A DNA stretch of 43,740 nucleotides from Dehalococcoidia bacterium (GTDB lineage Bacteria; Chloroflexota; Dehalococcoidia; DATCLE01), in NCBI GenBank assembly GCA_036564075.1, contig DATCLE010000224.1, forward strand, positions 1 to 43,740. The letters are read 5' to 3'. Made by a program: the position numbers and the translations under genes. The notes under the pieces are model-generated. The model was not told the DNA's origin, searched no databases, and was given only the letters and a program-made list of their open reading frames with translations. Shown in pieces: positions 1-8,355 of the stretch; within the stretch, counting starts at the first letter, position 1, and each line of letters opens with the position of its first letter.

Positions 1-1
1 G

Positions 2-100
2 CGGATGAACACGACGGTGCTGGACCTGGTCTTCCTGGGCATCTCGGCGGTGGTGGTCCTGGCCATCTTCGTGGCGCTGGCCGCCGCGGTGGCGGGCTAG
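2..100 (+). CDS. 3' end of an upstream CDS, or a 31-aa hydrophobic single-TM peptide
   Basis: Frame 2 reads RMNTTVLDLVFLGISAVVVLAIFVALAAAVAG then TAG at 98-100. Codons are GC3-rich. An in-frame ATG sits at 5. I cannot tell whether the ORF continues upstream of the window. Confidence 0.3.
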   Translation, partial: RMNTTVLDLVFLGISAVVVLAIFVALAAAVAG

Positions 101-119
101 GGCCGCCCAGGCCGGAAGC

Positions 120-159
120 GCGAAGTGGCGGACCGGCCGGAACCGGTCCGCCGCTTCGC
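120..159. terminator. Bidirectional intrinsic-terminator-like hairpin between convergent genes
   Basis: GCGAAGTGGCGGACCGG (120-136), loop CCGGAA, CCGGTCCGCCGCTTCGC (143-159). This is a 17-bp stem with one G-U pair. It lies between the + ORF ending at 100 and hsp20 ending at 181. Confidence 0.5.
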
Positions 160-180
160 TGTGCCGTCGTTCCCGGACGG

Positions 181-657
181 TCAGGCCTTCTCACCCTCCA
201 GGGCCGGCCGCGCGGAGACCTTGATGGTCTTGGGCCGCGCCGCCTCCGCCTTGGGCAGCCGGAGCCGCAGCACGCCGTGCTCCACCGTGGCCTCCGCCCG
301 GTCCGCGTCTACCTCCGCGGGCAGCGCCAGCGACCGCAGGAAGGCACCGGAGCGCCGCTCCCGGCGCAGGTACGTGGCGCCCTGCTCCTGCTGCTCCTCT
401 TCCACCCGGCCCTTGATGGTCACGGTGTTGCCGTGCACCTGGACGTCCACGTCCTCCGGCCGGACGCCGGGCAGGGAGGCCAGCACCTCCACCGCCTCGT
501 CCGTCTCGCGCACGTCCACCGGGACGTACCCGTAGGGCTGGGCGCTGCCGTTGCCGCCGGACCAGCGGAACGGCCACAGCTCCTCGAAGAGCCGGTCCAC
601 GGTCTCCCGCATCTGCTGGATCTCACTGAACGGATCCCATCGGATCAGGCCAGCCAT
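181..657 (-). CDS. Small heat shock protein, Hsp20/alpha-crystallin family
   Basis: Alpha-crystallin domain pattern: WDPF N-terminal motif, VDVRETDEAVEVLASLPGVRPEDVDVQVHGNTVTIKG, RSLALP, GVLRLRLPK. I prefer ATG 657 because it sits 8 nt after AAGGAGG. The track start at 666 lies inside the SD. Confidence 0.9.
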   Translation of the reverse strand: MAGLIRWDPFSEIQQMRETVDRLFEELWPFRWSGGNGSAQPYGYVPVDVRETDEAVEVLASLPGVRPEDVDVQVHGNTVTIKGRVEEEQQEQGATYLRRERRSGAFLRSLALPAEVDADRAEATVEHGVLRLRLPKAEAARPKTIKVSARPALEGEKA

Positions 658-723
658 ACCCATCACCTCCTTGATCCATCCAGCCTGCTGACGGGCGGGG
701 TCCGGCCGCCCGTTCCGGCCGGG

Positions 724-752
724 ATCCTAGCATATCATGGTCCGCTTGTCAA
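724..752 (-). promoter_or_regulatory. Sigma-70-like promoter for hsp20 (TTGACA-17 nt-TAGGAT on the minus strand)
   Basis: The reverse complement of 724-752 reads TTGACAagcggaccatgatatgcTAGGAT. It lies about 70 nt upstream of the hsp20 start, in a locally AT-richer stretch. Confidence 0.55.
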
Positions 753-777
753 GAGTCTTGAGCCTCTGACTATCAAG
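749..777. promoter_or_regulatory. Inverted repeats resembling an HspR-type HAIR operator
   Basis: TCAAGAgTCTTGA is a perfect 6-1-6 palindrome at 749-761 overlapping the -35. CTTGA-N11-TCAAG at 757-777 matches the core and spacing of the HAIR consensus CTTGAGT-N7-ACTCAAG. Confidence 0.4.
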
Positions 778-884
778 GTTTGCCGGGCCCCGGCCCGCCG
801 TTGACGGCGCCGGGCCCCCTGCCAATAATGCAGGCAGCCGGCCCGGGCGCGCCCCGGGCTACCCCGTGTCCAGAGGAGGGCGCC

Positions 885-1097
885 GTGCTGGAGGTCCGTT
901 CCCCCATGGTGGGCCGCGTGGTCCGCGTGCTGGTGGAGCCCGGCGCAGCCGTCCAGGCCGAGGACGAGCTGCTGGTGCTGGAGTCCATGAAGATGGAGAT
1001 CCCTGTGGAGGCGCCCCGCCCCGGCACCGTCCGCGAGGTCCGCGTCCAGGTGGGCGACCTGGTGCAGGAGAACACCGTCCTCCTGGTGCTGGCCTGA
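885..1097 (+). CDS. Stand-alone biotinyl/lipoyl carrier domain protein (BCCP-like, about 70 aa)
   Basis: Biotin attachment motif LESMKME, flanked by the typical hammerhead sequence GRVVRVLV...G..V...D.L..LE and PGTVREVRVQVGDLV. A GTG at 885 sits 5 nt after GAGGAGGG, so the longer track ORF from 780 is unlikely. Confidence 0.8.
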   Translation: MLEVRSPMVGRVVRVLVEPGAAVQAEDELLVLESMKMEIPVEAPRPGTVREVRVQVGDLVQENTVLLVLA

Positions 1098-1107
1098 CCG
1101 CCTCCGG

Positions 1108-2022
1108 CTAGGCGCCCGGCGCCGCCGGCGGCGCCGCGGGCCGCCGCCACGCCCGCGCGGCGAAGAAGACCAGTGCCCCGGAGCCCACCAGCCCCGCCAG
1201 GAAGACCACCAGCCCGCCCAGCACCGGGATGAGCGCCACGAGCTGGAGGATGAGGAGCCCCACCACGGCGGCCAGGTACGGGTGCTCCGGCAGCCGGCTC
1301 CGCCCGAAGGCGCGCGTCACGGCCGCTCCCAGCCGCGTGCCCGCCACCAAGTATCCCAGGAACCAGAGGATGGGCAGCAGGAACAGCAGCAGCCCCAGCC
1401 CCAGCGGGATCCCCACCACCGTGAACAGGACGGCCACCGCCAGGATGGGGATCCCGATCCAGACGATGAGCATGGTCAGCAGTGTGGGCCCCAGGCGGTC
1501 CGTCAGGAGGGCCGCCGCCGTGGAGAGCTGACGCCCGCCCACCGCGGCGAAGAGCAGCCCCGCCACCAGCACCGCCACGGTCATGCCCACCCAGAACAGG
1601 AGGGAGAAGACCGCCCATGCCCAGCGGAACGCCAGCTCGCCGCGCCGCTGGATGTCGCCCTCCACGGAGGCGCCCGCCGCCTGGCGCAGCTCGCTGTTGG
1701 CCAGGAACACGTCCCCCGTGACCCGGGCGCCGTCCTGCAGGTCCAGGGTCCCGTTCACCACGGTCACGTCCCCCTCCACCGTGCCCGTCACCGTGGCCGT
1801 CCCGTCCACCACCACCAGCGCATCCCGGACGGTGCCGTCCATGGTGAGGGTGTCGCTCACCACCACCACCGTCCCAACGCTGTCCCCGCGCTCCACCCGG
1901 AGGGGACCGTTGACGCGGACCAGCACGTCCCCGTCCTCCTCCTCCGCCTCCTGGGCCGCCGCCCCGGCCGGCAGCAGGAGCACCAGCCCGGCCAGCAACA
2001 GCGCCAGCCATCGCCGCGTCAT
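1108..2022 (-). CDS. Membrane protein: signal peptide, bactofilin-like beta-helical repeat domain, then a multi-TM C-terminal half
   Basis: N-terminus MTRRWLALLLAGLVLLLPAGAAAQ. Repeats of the type G.V.GDV.VVNGTL.L..GARVTGDV are typical of polymer-forming cytoskeletal/DUF583-type domains. About 5 hydrophobic helices follow. ATG 2022 sits 7 nt after GAGGAGG. Confidence 0.7.
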   Translation of the reverse strand: MTRRWLALLLAGLVLLLPAGAAAQEAEEEDGDVLVRVNGPLRVERGDSVGTVVVVSDTLTMDGTVRDALVVVDGTATVTGTVEGDVTVVNGTLDLQDGARVTGDVFLANSELRQAAGASVEGDIQRRGELAFRWAWAVFSLLFWVGMTVAVLVAGLLFAAVGGRQLSTAAALLTDRLGPTLLTMLIVWIGIPILAVAVLFTVVGIPLGLGLLLFLLPILWFLGYLVAGTRLGAAVTRAFGRSRLPEHPYLAAVVGLLILQLVALIPVLGGLVVFLAGLVGSGALVFFAARAWRRPAAPPAAPGA

Positions 2023-2193
2023 GGGGTTCCTCCTCACAGGGCGGGGCCGTCGCAGCGCCGGGCCGCTATCCTAGCACGGTGGGCTCAGGCCGGGAATACC
2101 GCGAAGGGGCACCCGTCGCGCCAGGGGCCCCTCTCCCGTATAATCCACGGAGGAACACGAGAACGGGAGGTGAGGCGCCGCACGGCGGCAGAC

Positions 2194-3021
2194 ATGGCCA
2201 CGCTCGCAGCGCATCGGCTGTCCCTGCCGCGCCGGCCTGCGGTTCGCAACGTCACCTGGGGCGACGACGAGCTCCGGCGGGCCCGGCTCGGCCACGGCGA
2301 TCTGGTGGTGGAGGACGGCGGGAACGTCCTCTTCGGCATCCCCTTCGAGCGCCGGCTCAAGCTCAACTACGGCTTCGCGGGGGTGGAGGAGCTCCGCTCC
2401 GGCTTCGGCGGGCTGCTCCAGCGCCTGCTGGCCCAGGGGCGGGCCGGCGAGCGCTTCGACCGCCTGGAGATCGATTTCACGGACGCGCCGCGCCGGCCCT
2501 ACGTGGAGCCCGTGCTGCGGAACCACGGGTTCGAGCCCGGCGCCGAGTGGCTGCGGCTCACGTGTCTGGACCTCACGGCGGCCGCCGCGGCCTCCGTGGG
2601 CCAGGCGCCGGTGACGGTGCTGGCGGCGGGCACGGGCGAGGGGGAGGCGGTGGTGGACCTGCTGACCAGCGTGCTGGGCGACGCGCCCGCCGGCCCCGCC
2701 TTCCTGGTCTCCAGCGCGGAGGAGGAGCTGCGTACCGCCGTGGCCCGCGACGCCGACGGCGCCATGGTGGGCGCGGCCGTGGCCCGCACCACCGCCCACG
2801 GCGTCGGCGCCATCGAGGCGCTGGGCGTGGTGGCGGGCGCCCGCCGCAGCGACGCCGGCCGCGCGCTGCTGCACCACGCCCTCACCTGGCTGGCCGGTCA
2901 GGGGACCCGCCGGGTGGAGGCGGCCGTGCCCTCCGGCGACCACGACATGCTCCAGCTCTTCCGGAGCGCCGGCTTCACGCCCCAGGGGGCCGGCCTCACC
3001 TACCGCCGGGACCTCCCCTGA
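2194..3021 (+). CDS. GNAT family N-acetyltransferase
   Basis: The C-terminal half carries the GNAT core (IEALGVVAGARRSDAGRALLHHALTWLAGQG...FRSAGF). This is the C-terminal part of the long 1282..3021 track ORF, whose upstream part is antisense to the previous gene. The ATG 2194 start is uncertain because there is no close SD. Confidence 0.65.
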   Translation: MATLAAHRLSLPRRPAVRNVTWGDDELRRARLGHGDLVVEDGGNVLFGIPFERRLKLNYGFAGVEELRSGFGGLLQRLLAQGRAGERFDRLEIDFTDAPRRPYVEPVLRNHGFEPGAEWLRLTCLDLTAAAAASVGQAPVTVLAAGTGEGEAVVDLLTSVLGDAPAGPAFLVSSAEEELRTAVARDADGAMVGAAVARTTAHGVGAIEALGVVAGARRSDAGRALLHHALTWLAGQGTRRVEAAVPSGDHDMLQLFRSAGFTPQGAGLTYRRDLP

Positions 3022-3045
3022 CAAGCCTGTGCAAAGGAGCGTGCC

Positions 3046-4218
3046 ATGAAGCTGGCCAGGCGGATCGAGGCACTGCCGCCGTACCTGTTCGCGGAGATCA
3101 GCCGCAAGATCGCGGAGAAGCGGGCCGCGGGCATCGACGTCATCACCTTCGCCATCGGCGACCCGGACCTCCCCACGCCGCCGCACATCCTGGATGCCCT
3201 CATCGAAGCGGCGAAGGACCCGGCCAACCACCGCTACCCGGAGTCCGACGGCCTGCCGGAGCTCCGTGAGGCCATCGCCGAGTGGTACGAGCGGCGCTTC
3301 GGCCTCCGCTTCGACCCCCACAAGGAGGTGCTGCCGCTCATCGGCTCCAAGGAGGGCATCGGCCACATGGCCCTCTGCTTCATCGACCCCGGTGACGTGG
3401 CCCTGGTGCCGGACCCCGGCTACCCGGTGTACGCCATCGGCACGATGTTCGCGGGCGGCGAGTCCTACTTCCTGCCGTTGCGGGAGGAGAACGGCTGGTT
3501 GCCGGACCTGGACGCCGTCCCGGCGGACGTGGCGCACCGCGCCAAGGTGCTCTGGCTCAATTACCCCAACAACCCCACCGCCGCTGTGGCGGACCTGGAG
3601 TTCTTCGAGCGGGCCGTCCACTTCGCCAAACGGTACGGCGTGGCCATCTGCCACGACGGCCCCTACAGCGAGGTGGCCTACGACGGCTACCGGCCCGTCA
3701 GCTTCCTGGAGGCCCCCGGCGCCCGGGAGGTGGGCGTGGAGTTCCACTCCTTCTCCAAGTCCTACAACATGACGGGGTGGCGCATCGGCATGGTGGTGGG
3801 GAACGCCGCCATGGTGGACGCCCTCATGCGGGTGAAGTCCAACCTGGACTCCGGCATCCCGCAGGCCATCCAGCGCATGGCCATCGCCGCCGTGCGGGGC
3901 TCCCAGGACTGCATCCAGGAGCACAACCGCATCTACCAGCGGCGGCGCGACCGGGTGGTGGAGGTGCTGCGGAAGCTGGGCCTGCGGGTGACGCCGCCCA
4001 AGGCCAGCCTCTACGTCTGGGCACGCATCCCGGAGGGCTACACCTCCGCGGAGTTCGCGGCGCGGCTCATTGAGGATGTGGCGGTGGTGGTGACGCCCGG
4101 CACCGGCTACGGCCCCCAGGGCGAAGGGTACATCCGCATCTCCCTCACCACGCCGGATGAGCAACTGGAGGAGGGCCTGCACCGCCTGGAGGCGTGGCGC
4201 GGGGCCGCCGCCAAGTAG
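3046..4218 (+). CDS. dapL: LL-diaminopimelate aminotransferase-type class I PLP aminotransferase
   Basis: N-terminus RRIEALPPYLFAEISRKIAEKRAAGIDVITFAIGDPDLPTP and the PLP-lysine region SFSKSYNMTGWRIG are characteristic of the DapL2-type enzymes of Firmicutes, Chloroflexi and archaea. AAGGAG lies 7 nt before the ATG. Confidence 0.8.
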   Translation: MKLARRIEALPPYLFAEISRKIAEKRAAGIDVITFAIGDPDLPTPPHILDALIEAAKDPANHRYPESDGLPELREAIAEWYERRFGLRFDPHKEVLPLIGSKEGIGHMALCFIDPGDVALVPDPGYPVYAIGTMFAGGESYFLPLREENGWLPDLDAVPADVAHRAKVLWLNYPNNPTAAVADLEFFERAVHFAKRYGVAICHDGPYSEVAYDGYRPVSFLEAPGAREVGVEFHSFSKSYNMTGWRIGMVVGNAAMVDALMRVKSNLDSGIPQAIQRMAIAAVRGSQDCIQEHNRIYQRRRDRVVEVLRKLGLRVTPPKASLYVWARIPEGYTSAEFAARLIEDVAVVVTPGTGYGPQGEGYIRISLTTPDEQLEEGLHRLEAWRGAAAK

Positions 4219-4243
4219 CGCGCCGCAACGCCGTACTGCGCCG

Positions 4244-4272
4244 GACGGCGCCCCGGACAGTGGGGCGCCGTC
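4244..4272. terminator. Bidirectional terminator hairpin between convergent genes
   Basis: GACGGCGCCCC, loop ggacagt, GGGGCGCCGTC. This is a perfect 11-bp stem between the dapL stop (4218) and the nitroreductase stop (4284). Confidence 0.6.
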
Positions 4273-4283
4273 TTCGCGTCCAC

Positions 4284-4901
4284 TTACGCCCCCGGCGCGT
4301 TGCCCCAGCGGTCGAAGAAGGTGACCTCCCGCCACGGCCGCCGCCGCACCGGCCCGAAGCGCCCCCGCGGGTAGCCCAGGGGGATCAGCGCCAGCGGCTC
4401 CACGTCCTCCGGGATCCCCAGCGCCGCCTTGATGGGCTCCTCCCGCAGCTTGAAGTAGGTGGTCAGCACCGTGCCCAGGCCCAGGGCCCGGGCCGCCAGG
4501 AGGATGTTCTGCACCGCCGGGTACACGGAGGCGTACAGGCTTGCCGTGCTGGTGGCCACCGGTGGGTAGAGCGTCCGCCGGCAGACCAGGATCAGCACCG
4601 GCACCTCCCAGAAGGGGGTGGGCGGCCGCACCCGCCGCCCTGCCGGTGCCGGTGGCGGCTGGGCCGGGGCCTGCGCCGCGCGGATGCGGGCGTACTCCGC
4701 CGAGGCCTCCCGGTACGCCTGCCCGATCTTCCGCTTCAGCTCCTGGTCCCGGACCACGATGAAGGCCCACGGCTGGGCGTTGCCGCCGCTGGGCGCCCGC
4801 GTGGCCGCGTGCAGGATCTTCTCGATGGCCTCCTCCGGCACCGGGTCCGGCCGGAACCGTCGGATGGCCCGCTGCGTCTCCATCGCCTCGAACAGGTCCA
4901 T
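4284..4901 (-). CDS. Nitroreductase family protein
   Basis: MDLFEAMETQRAIRRFRPDPVPEEAIEKILHAATRAPSGGNAQPWAFIVV is the canonical nitroreductase N-terminus, and the C-terminus reads LIPLGYP. ATG 4901 is preceded by GGGGGAGGGGG. The track ORF extends further upstream without support. Confidence 0.85.
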   Translation of the reverse strand: MDLFEAMETQRAIRRFRPDPVPEEAIEKILHAATRAPSGGNAQPWAFIVVRDQELKRKIGQAYREASAEYARIRAAQAPAQPPPAPAGRRVRPPTPFWEVPVLILVCRRTLYPPVATSTASLYASVYPAVQNILLAARALGLGTVLTTYFKLREEPIKAALGIPEDVEPLALIPLGYPRGRFGPVRRRPWREVTFFDRWGNAPGA

Positions 4902-5060
4902 GCCCCCTCCCCCGCTGTGCGGTCTTCGGGGCGGATGGTACCAGACCGGGGCCCGGCCCCGCCAGCGGCGGGCCGCGTCCTGCGGGGGCCGGATGACGCC
5001 GTCAGGGGGAGACGGGGAACGCCGGGCGGAGGCCCCGGCCGGGCGCCACAACCCGGCGGT

Positions 5061-6572
5061 TCACGCCACGACGCGATCGTACCGGAGGTGGTAGGGGCCG
5101 ATCTCGAACACCGCGCCCTCGGCCAGGGCCCCGCCCGCCGGCGGCAGCGGCCTGCCCTCCACCAGCACCACGCCCTCCAGCGGCACCAACCGCAGCCGCC
5201 GGCCGTCCAGCTCCAGCAGCGCGTGCTGTTGCCGCACCCCGTCCGCTGGAGGCAGCGGCACGTCCCGGCTCCCCGCGCCGATGACCCAGCGTGCGTGCCC
5301 GTTGGCCGACTTGAGGGAGACGATGTGGACCCCCAGTTCCACGAAGGAGCGCGGCGCGGAGCCCTCCTTGATGAGCAGCCGGTGAAAGACATCCGGCCGC
5401 CGGAACGGCCCCCACTGCCGGCGCCGCGCGGTGACCACCAGCGCCCCGACAGCCACCAACCCCAGGGCCCCGAGGGCCGCGGCCGCCAGCGCCGCCCAGG
5501 GCACGGCCAGCCCGCTCCCGCCGGGCGCCGGCTCCGCCGCGGCCGGGGGCGGCGGCTCCGGCACCCGGAAGGTGAGCGCCGCCACGTTCTGGGGCAGGAT
5601 GGTCAGCGGGCCGTCCGCCGCCTCCACCACCACCCGGATGGTGTGCACGCCGGGCTCCGCGCCGTCCGCCACCCGCAGCGTCAGGCGGACCGCCGGCGCC
5701 AGCGCCGCCTCCGCCGGGGCCACCGTGGCCGAGGTCCCGCCCGTCTGCACCGAGAGGCGCAGCGGCCGCCCGAACACGTCGGCGAAGCTGCTGCTGAACC
5801 GCAGCTCCACCGCCGCCTCCCCGCCCGGCTCCAGCTCTCCCAGCTCGATGCCCGGCGTCTCCAGGGAGACCGTGGCCGGCGGCGGCCCCGCCGCCACCGT
5901 CACGCCGGCGCCCTCCAGGAGCTGCCGGTCCGCCGGGCTGAGGAAGGCCCCCAAGTCGTGGTACACCACGTAGGCGGGTGCGGTGCGGTCCTGGTACGCC
6001 TTCACCAGGCCTGCCAGCCCCGCCACCCCTTCCGCCGCGTGGGGCCCGTTGTCCTGGCCGTCCGTGTAGAGGAAGAGCGATTGCCGACGCTCCACGCCGG
6101 GCGTGGCCTGCCGCCACCGCTGGAGCTGGCGCAGCCCGTACTCCAGCGACTCGTAGATGTGCGTCTGCTGGCCGTCCACCGGCAGCGCGCCCACGTGCAG
6201 CTTCAGCAGGTTCCGGGTGGCCTCCGAGTCCAGCCGCAGGGGGTTCACATCGCCGCCGGGCGGCACCGGCCCCGGCGCCACGGCGCCCCACCGCGGCCCC
6301 GCGTCGAACGGCACCACCGCCACGTTCGTGCCCGGCGCCAGCCGGTCGATGAGGCCGGTCACCGCGGCGGCCACCTCCGGCCAGATGTCGCGGCTGTTGG
6401 GGCCGTCGCCGCGCATGGACGCGGTGATGTCCACCAGGAGGAGCACGTCGTACTCCACGGCGTGTCCCTCCTGGGCGGCGGTCCGCCCGGGCAGGACCAG
6501 TGCCAGCAGGAGCAGGGCCAGGGCTGCCAGCCCCAACCGGCGGGCTGCCCTGGCGTGCGTGGGAGTCGTCAC
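5061..6572 (-). CDS. Membrane-spanning VWA domain / FHA domain protein
   Basis: Domain order: signal peptide (HARAARRLGLAALALLLLALVLPGRTAAQ); VWA domain with MIDAS-like LLLVDITASM and a later LFLYTDGQDNG; an Ig-like beta-rich segment; a Pro-rich linker; a TM helix (VPWAALAAAALGALGLVAVGALVV, followed by the basic stop-transfer residues TARRR); and a C-terminal FHA-like domain (WVIGAGSRDVPLP...HALLELDGRRLRLVPL...VLVEGRPL). GTG 6572 sits 7 nt after GGAGG. ATG 6641 is an alternative start. Confidence 0.8.
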   Translation of the reverse strand: MTTPTHARAARRLGLAALALLLLALVLPGRTAAQEGHAVEYDVLLLVDITASMRGDGPNSRDIWPEVAAAVTGLIDRLAPGTNVAVVPFDAGPRWGAVAPGPVPPGGDVNPLRLDSEATRNLLKLHVGALPVDGQQTHIYESLEYGLRQLQRWRQATPGVERRQSLFLYTDGQDNGPHAAEGVAGLAGLVKAYQDRTAPAYVVYHDLGAFLSPADRQLLEGAGVTVAAGPPPATVSLETPGIELGELEPGGEAAVELRFSSSFADVFGRPLRLSVQTGGTSATVAPAEAALAPAVRLTLRVADGAEPGVHTIRVVVEAADGPLTILPQNVAALTFRVPEPPPPAAAEPAPGGSGLAVPWAALAAAALGALGLVAVGALVVTARRRQWGPFRRPDVFHRLLIKEGSAPRSFVELGVHIVSLKSANGHARWVIGAGSRDVPLPPADGVRQQHALLELDGRRLRLVPLEGVVLVEGRPLPPAGGALAEGAVFEIGPYHLRYDRVVA

Positions 6573-6734
6573 AGCGGCGCCTCCGCCTGGACGCGGCTCG
6601 GGGGAGGGGTCCCGGGGCGGGACCCCTTCACCTGTGATCATCGGTCGGGTCAGGCGGCTTCTGGACCGTCCCCGTCCTTCCGGTTGATCCACGGCCGGCG
6701 ACCGGCGCCGTTACAGCGGGCGGATGCTTCGCCC

Positions 6735-6764
6735 TTGACAAAATTTTCGCCTCCCTGCTATCAC
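6735..6764 (+). promoter_or_regulatory. Candidate sigma-70 promoter upstream of the acyl-CoA dehydrogenase
   Basis: TTGACA at 6735-6740, an 18-nt AT-richer spacer (aaattttcgcctccctgc), then TATCAC. It lies about 40 nt before the ATG at 6804. Confidence 0.4.
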
Positions 6765-6803
6765 GGACCCAGAGGTTCCTGCCGTCTAGCACGGAGGTCT
6801 GCT

Positions 6804-7973
6804 ATGGACTTCACCTTCACGCCCGAAGAGCTGGCCTTCCGCGACGAGGTGCGCGCGTTCCTGGACCGGGAGCTCCCGGCGGGCTGGGACGGCTTCGACG
6901 ACCTGATGGAGACGCCGCCGCAGGAGCAGGAGGCGTTCGCGGCGCGGTTCCGCAAGAAGCTGGTGGAGCGCGGCTGGCTGGCCATGGCCTGGCCCAAGGA
7001 GTACGGCGGCCGGGAGGCCTCCGTCATGCAGCAGCTCCTGTTCAACGAGGAGATGGCCTACCGCCGGGCGCCCGTGGGCTTCAGCATGGGCATCGCCTGG
7101 GTGGGACCGGCCCTCATGCTCTACGGCACGGAGGAGCAGAAGCGGCGCTACCTGCCGCCCATCGTCCGGGATGAGGAGACGTGGTGCACCCTCTACTCGG
7201 AGCCGGGCGCGGGGAGCGACCTGGCGGCGCTGCAGACCCGCGCCGTGCGGGACGGCGACGAGTACGTGATCAACGGGCAGAAGATCTGGACCTCCGGCGC
7301 CCACCGCTCGCAGCTAGGCTGGCTGGCCGCCCGCACGGACCCGGACGCCCCGAAGCACAAGGGGATCAGCATGTTCATCGTGGAGATGGACCGGCCGGGG
7401 ATCACCGTCCGGCCGCTCATCAACATGGCGGGCGACCACGGCTTCAACGAGGTCTTCTTCGAGGACGTGCGGATCCCGGCGGACCACCTGGTGGGGGTGG
7501 AGAACCGCGGCTGGTACCAGCTGGCCGTGGCGCTGGACTTCGAGCGGTCGTCCATCGGGAGCGCCGCGGGCTCCCAGCGGACGCTGGAGGACCTGGCGGC
7601 GTACGCCCGGGAGCACCGGGCGGAGGTGACGGGGCCGGCCCGCGCCGCGCTGGCGGAGCGGTTCATCGAGGTGGAGGTGGCGCGGAACCTCGCCTACCGG
7701 GTCGCCTGGCTGCAGTCCAAGGGCCAGGTGCCGAACTACGAGGCGTCCCTGGTGAAGACGTACAGCGCGGAGCTGAGCCAGCGCATCGCGCGGACGGGCC
7801 TGGCGCTCCTGGGCCTGTACGGCCAGCTGGCGCCCGGCTCCAAGTGGGCGCGGCTGCGCGGCCGCCTGGAGCACGCCTACCTGAGCAGCGTCTCCGCCAC
7901 CATCGCCGGCGGCACCAGTGAGATCAACCGCAGCGTCATCGCCACCCGTGGCCTCGGCCTGCCGCGGGCCTGA
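6804..7973 (+). CDS. Acyl-CoA dehydrogenase
   Basis: MDFTFTPEELAFRDEVRAF..., WCTLYSEPGAGSDLAALQTRA, ING.KIWTSGA and the C-terminal TIAGGTSEINRSVIA are classic ACAD motifs. GGAGG lies 5 nt before the ATG. The track ORF 4194..7973 has a spurious N-terminal extension. Confidence 0.9.
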   Translation: MDFTFTPEELAFRDEVRAFLDRELPAGWDGFDDLMETPPQEQEAFAARFRKKLVERGWLAMAWPKEYGGREASVMQQLLFNEEMAYRRAPVGFSMGIAWVGPALMLYGTEEQKRRYLPPIVRDEETWCTLYSEPGAGSDLAALQTRAVRDGDEYVINGQKIWTSGAHRSQLGWLAARTDPDAPKHKGISMFIVEMDRPGITVRPLINMAGDHGFNEVFFEDVRIPADHLVGVENRGWYQLAVALDFERSSIGSAAGSQRTLEDLAAYAREHRAEVTGPARAALAERFIEVEVARNLAYRVAWLQSKGQVPNYEASLVKTYSAELSQRIARTGLALLGLYGQLAPGSKWARLRGRLEHAYLSSVSATIAGGTSEINRSVIATRGLGLPRA

Positions 7974-7998
7974 CGCGCCCCGCCGGGAGGAAGGGAAC

Positions 7999-8325
7999 GT
8001 GGCCACCAACCCGGAACAGGCACCGGACGTGGCGGCGGCGGTGAAGGGCCTGGCCGTGGCGTTGGAGAACCGTGACCTGGCCACCCTCATGGCCGCCCTC
8101 ACGCCGGAGGCCATGGCCAAGGTGATGACCCTCCAGGGCCAGTTGGGCGGCTCCGGCCAGGCGGGCGACCTGGAGAGCTTCGAGCTGACGCCCGCGGGGA
8201 CCCGCGAGGGCGACCCCCTCTACCGGCTGGCCCTGCGCGGCGCCGGCCGCGAGGTGGTGCTGGAGACGCGCTGGCGGCTGGTGGAAGGCCGCTGGCGCGT
8301 GGCAGACCTGAACGTGGTGGAGTAG
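7999..8325 (+). CDS. Hypothetical small protein (108 aa), possibly NTF2-like
   Basis: GTG 7999 follows GGGAGGAAGGG. Codon usage is GC3-rich. The protein is non-repetitive and ends RWRLVEGRWRVADLNVVE. I recognise no motif. Confidence 0.55.
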   Translation: MATNPEQAPDVAAAVKGLAVALENRDLATLMAALTPEAMAKVMTLQGQLGGSGQAGDLESFELTPAGTREGDPLYRLALRGAGREVVLETRWRLVEGRWRVADLNVVE

Positions 8326-8355
8326 GGCCTCAGAATGGCGGCCGGGGAGGACAGC

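Noticed and set aside
1282-2193. The N-terminal extension of the 579-aa plus-strand ORF that ends as the first GNAT.
   Set aside because: It is antisense to the membrane protein gene at 1108-2022, and its translation is His/Arg/Pro/Gln-rich junk.
2071-4770. An 899-aa ORF on the minus strand. Similar very long track ORFs are 7936..10602 (-), 24545..26236 (-), 27692..29494 (-), 30172..32532 (-), 37247..39034 (-), 38091..39707 (-), 5002..6291 (-) and 773..2011 (-).
   Set aside because: They lie antisense to, or out of frame with, genes that carry clear conserved motifs. Their translations are Arg/Gly/Pro/Ala-rich and low in complexity. Stop codons are rare in DNA of about 70% GC, so such shadow ORFs are expected.
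4194-6803. The N-terminal 870 aa of the 1259-aa track ORF that ends as the acyl-CoA dehydrogenase.
   Set aside because: Only the part from ATG 6804 has ACAD motifs and an SD. The upstream part overlaps the nitroreductase and VWA-FHA genes on the opposite strand and translates to junk.
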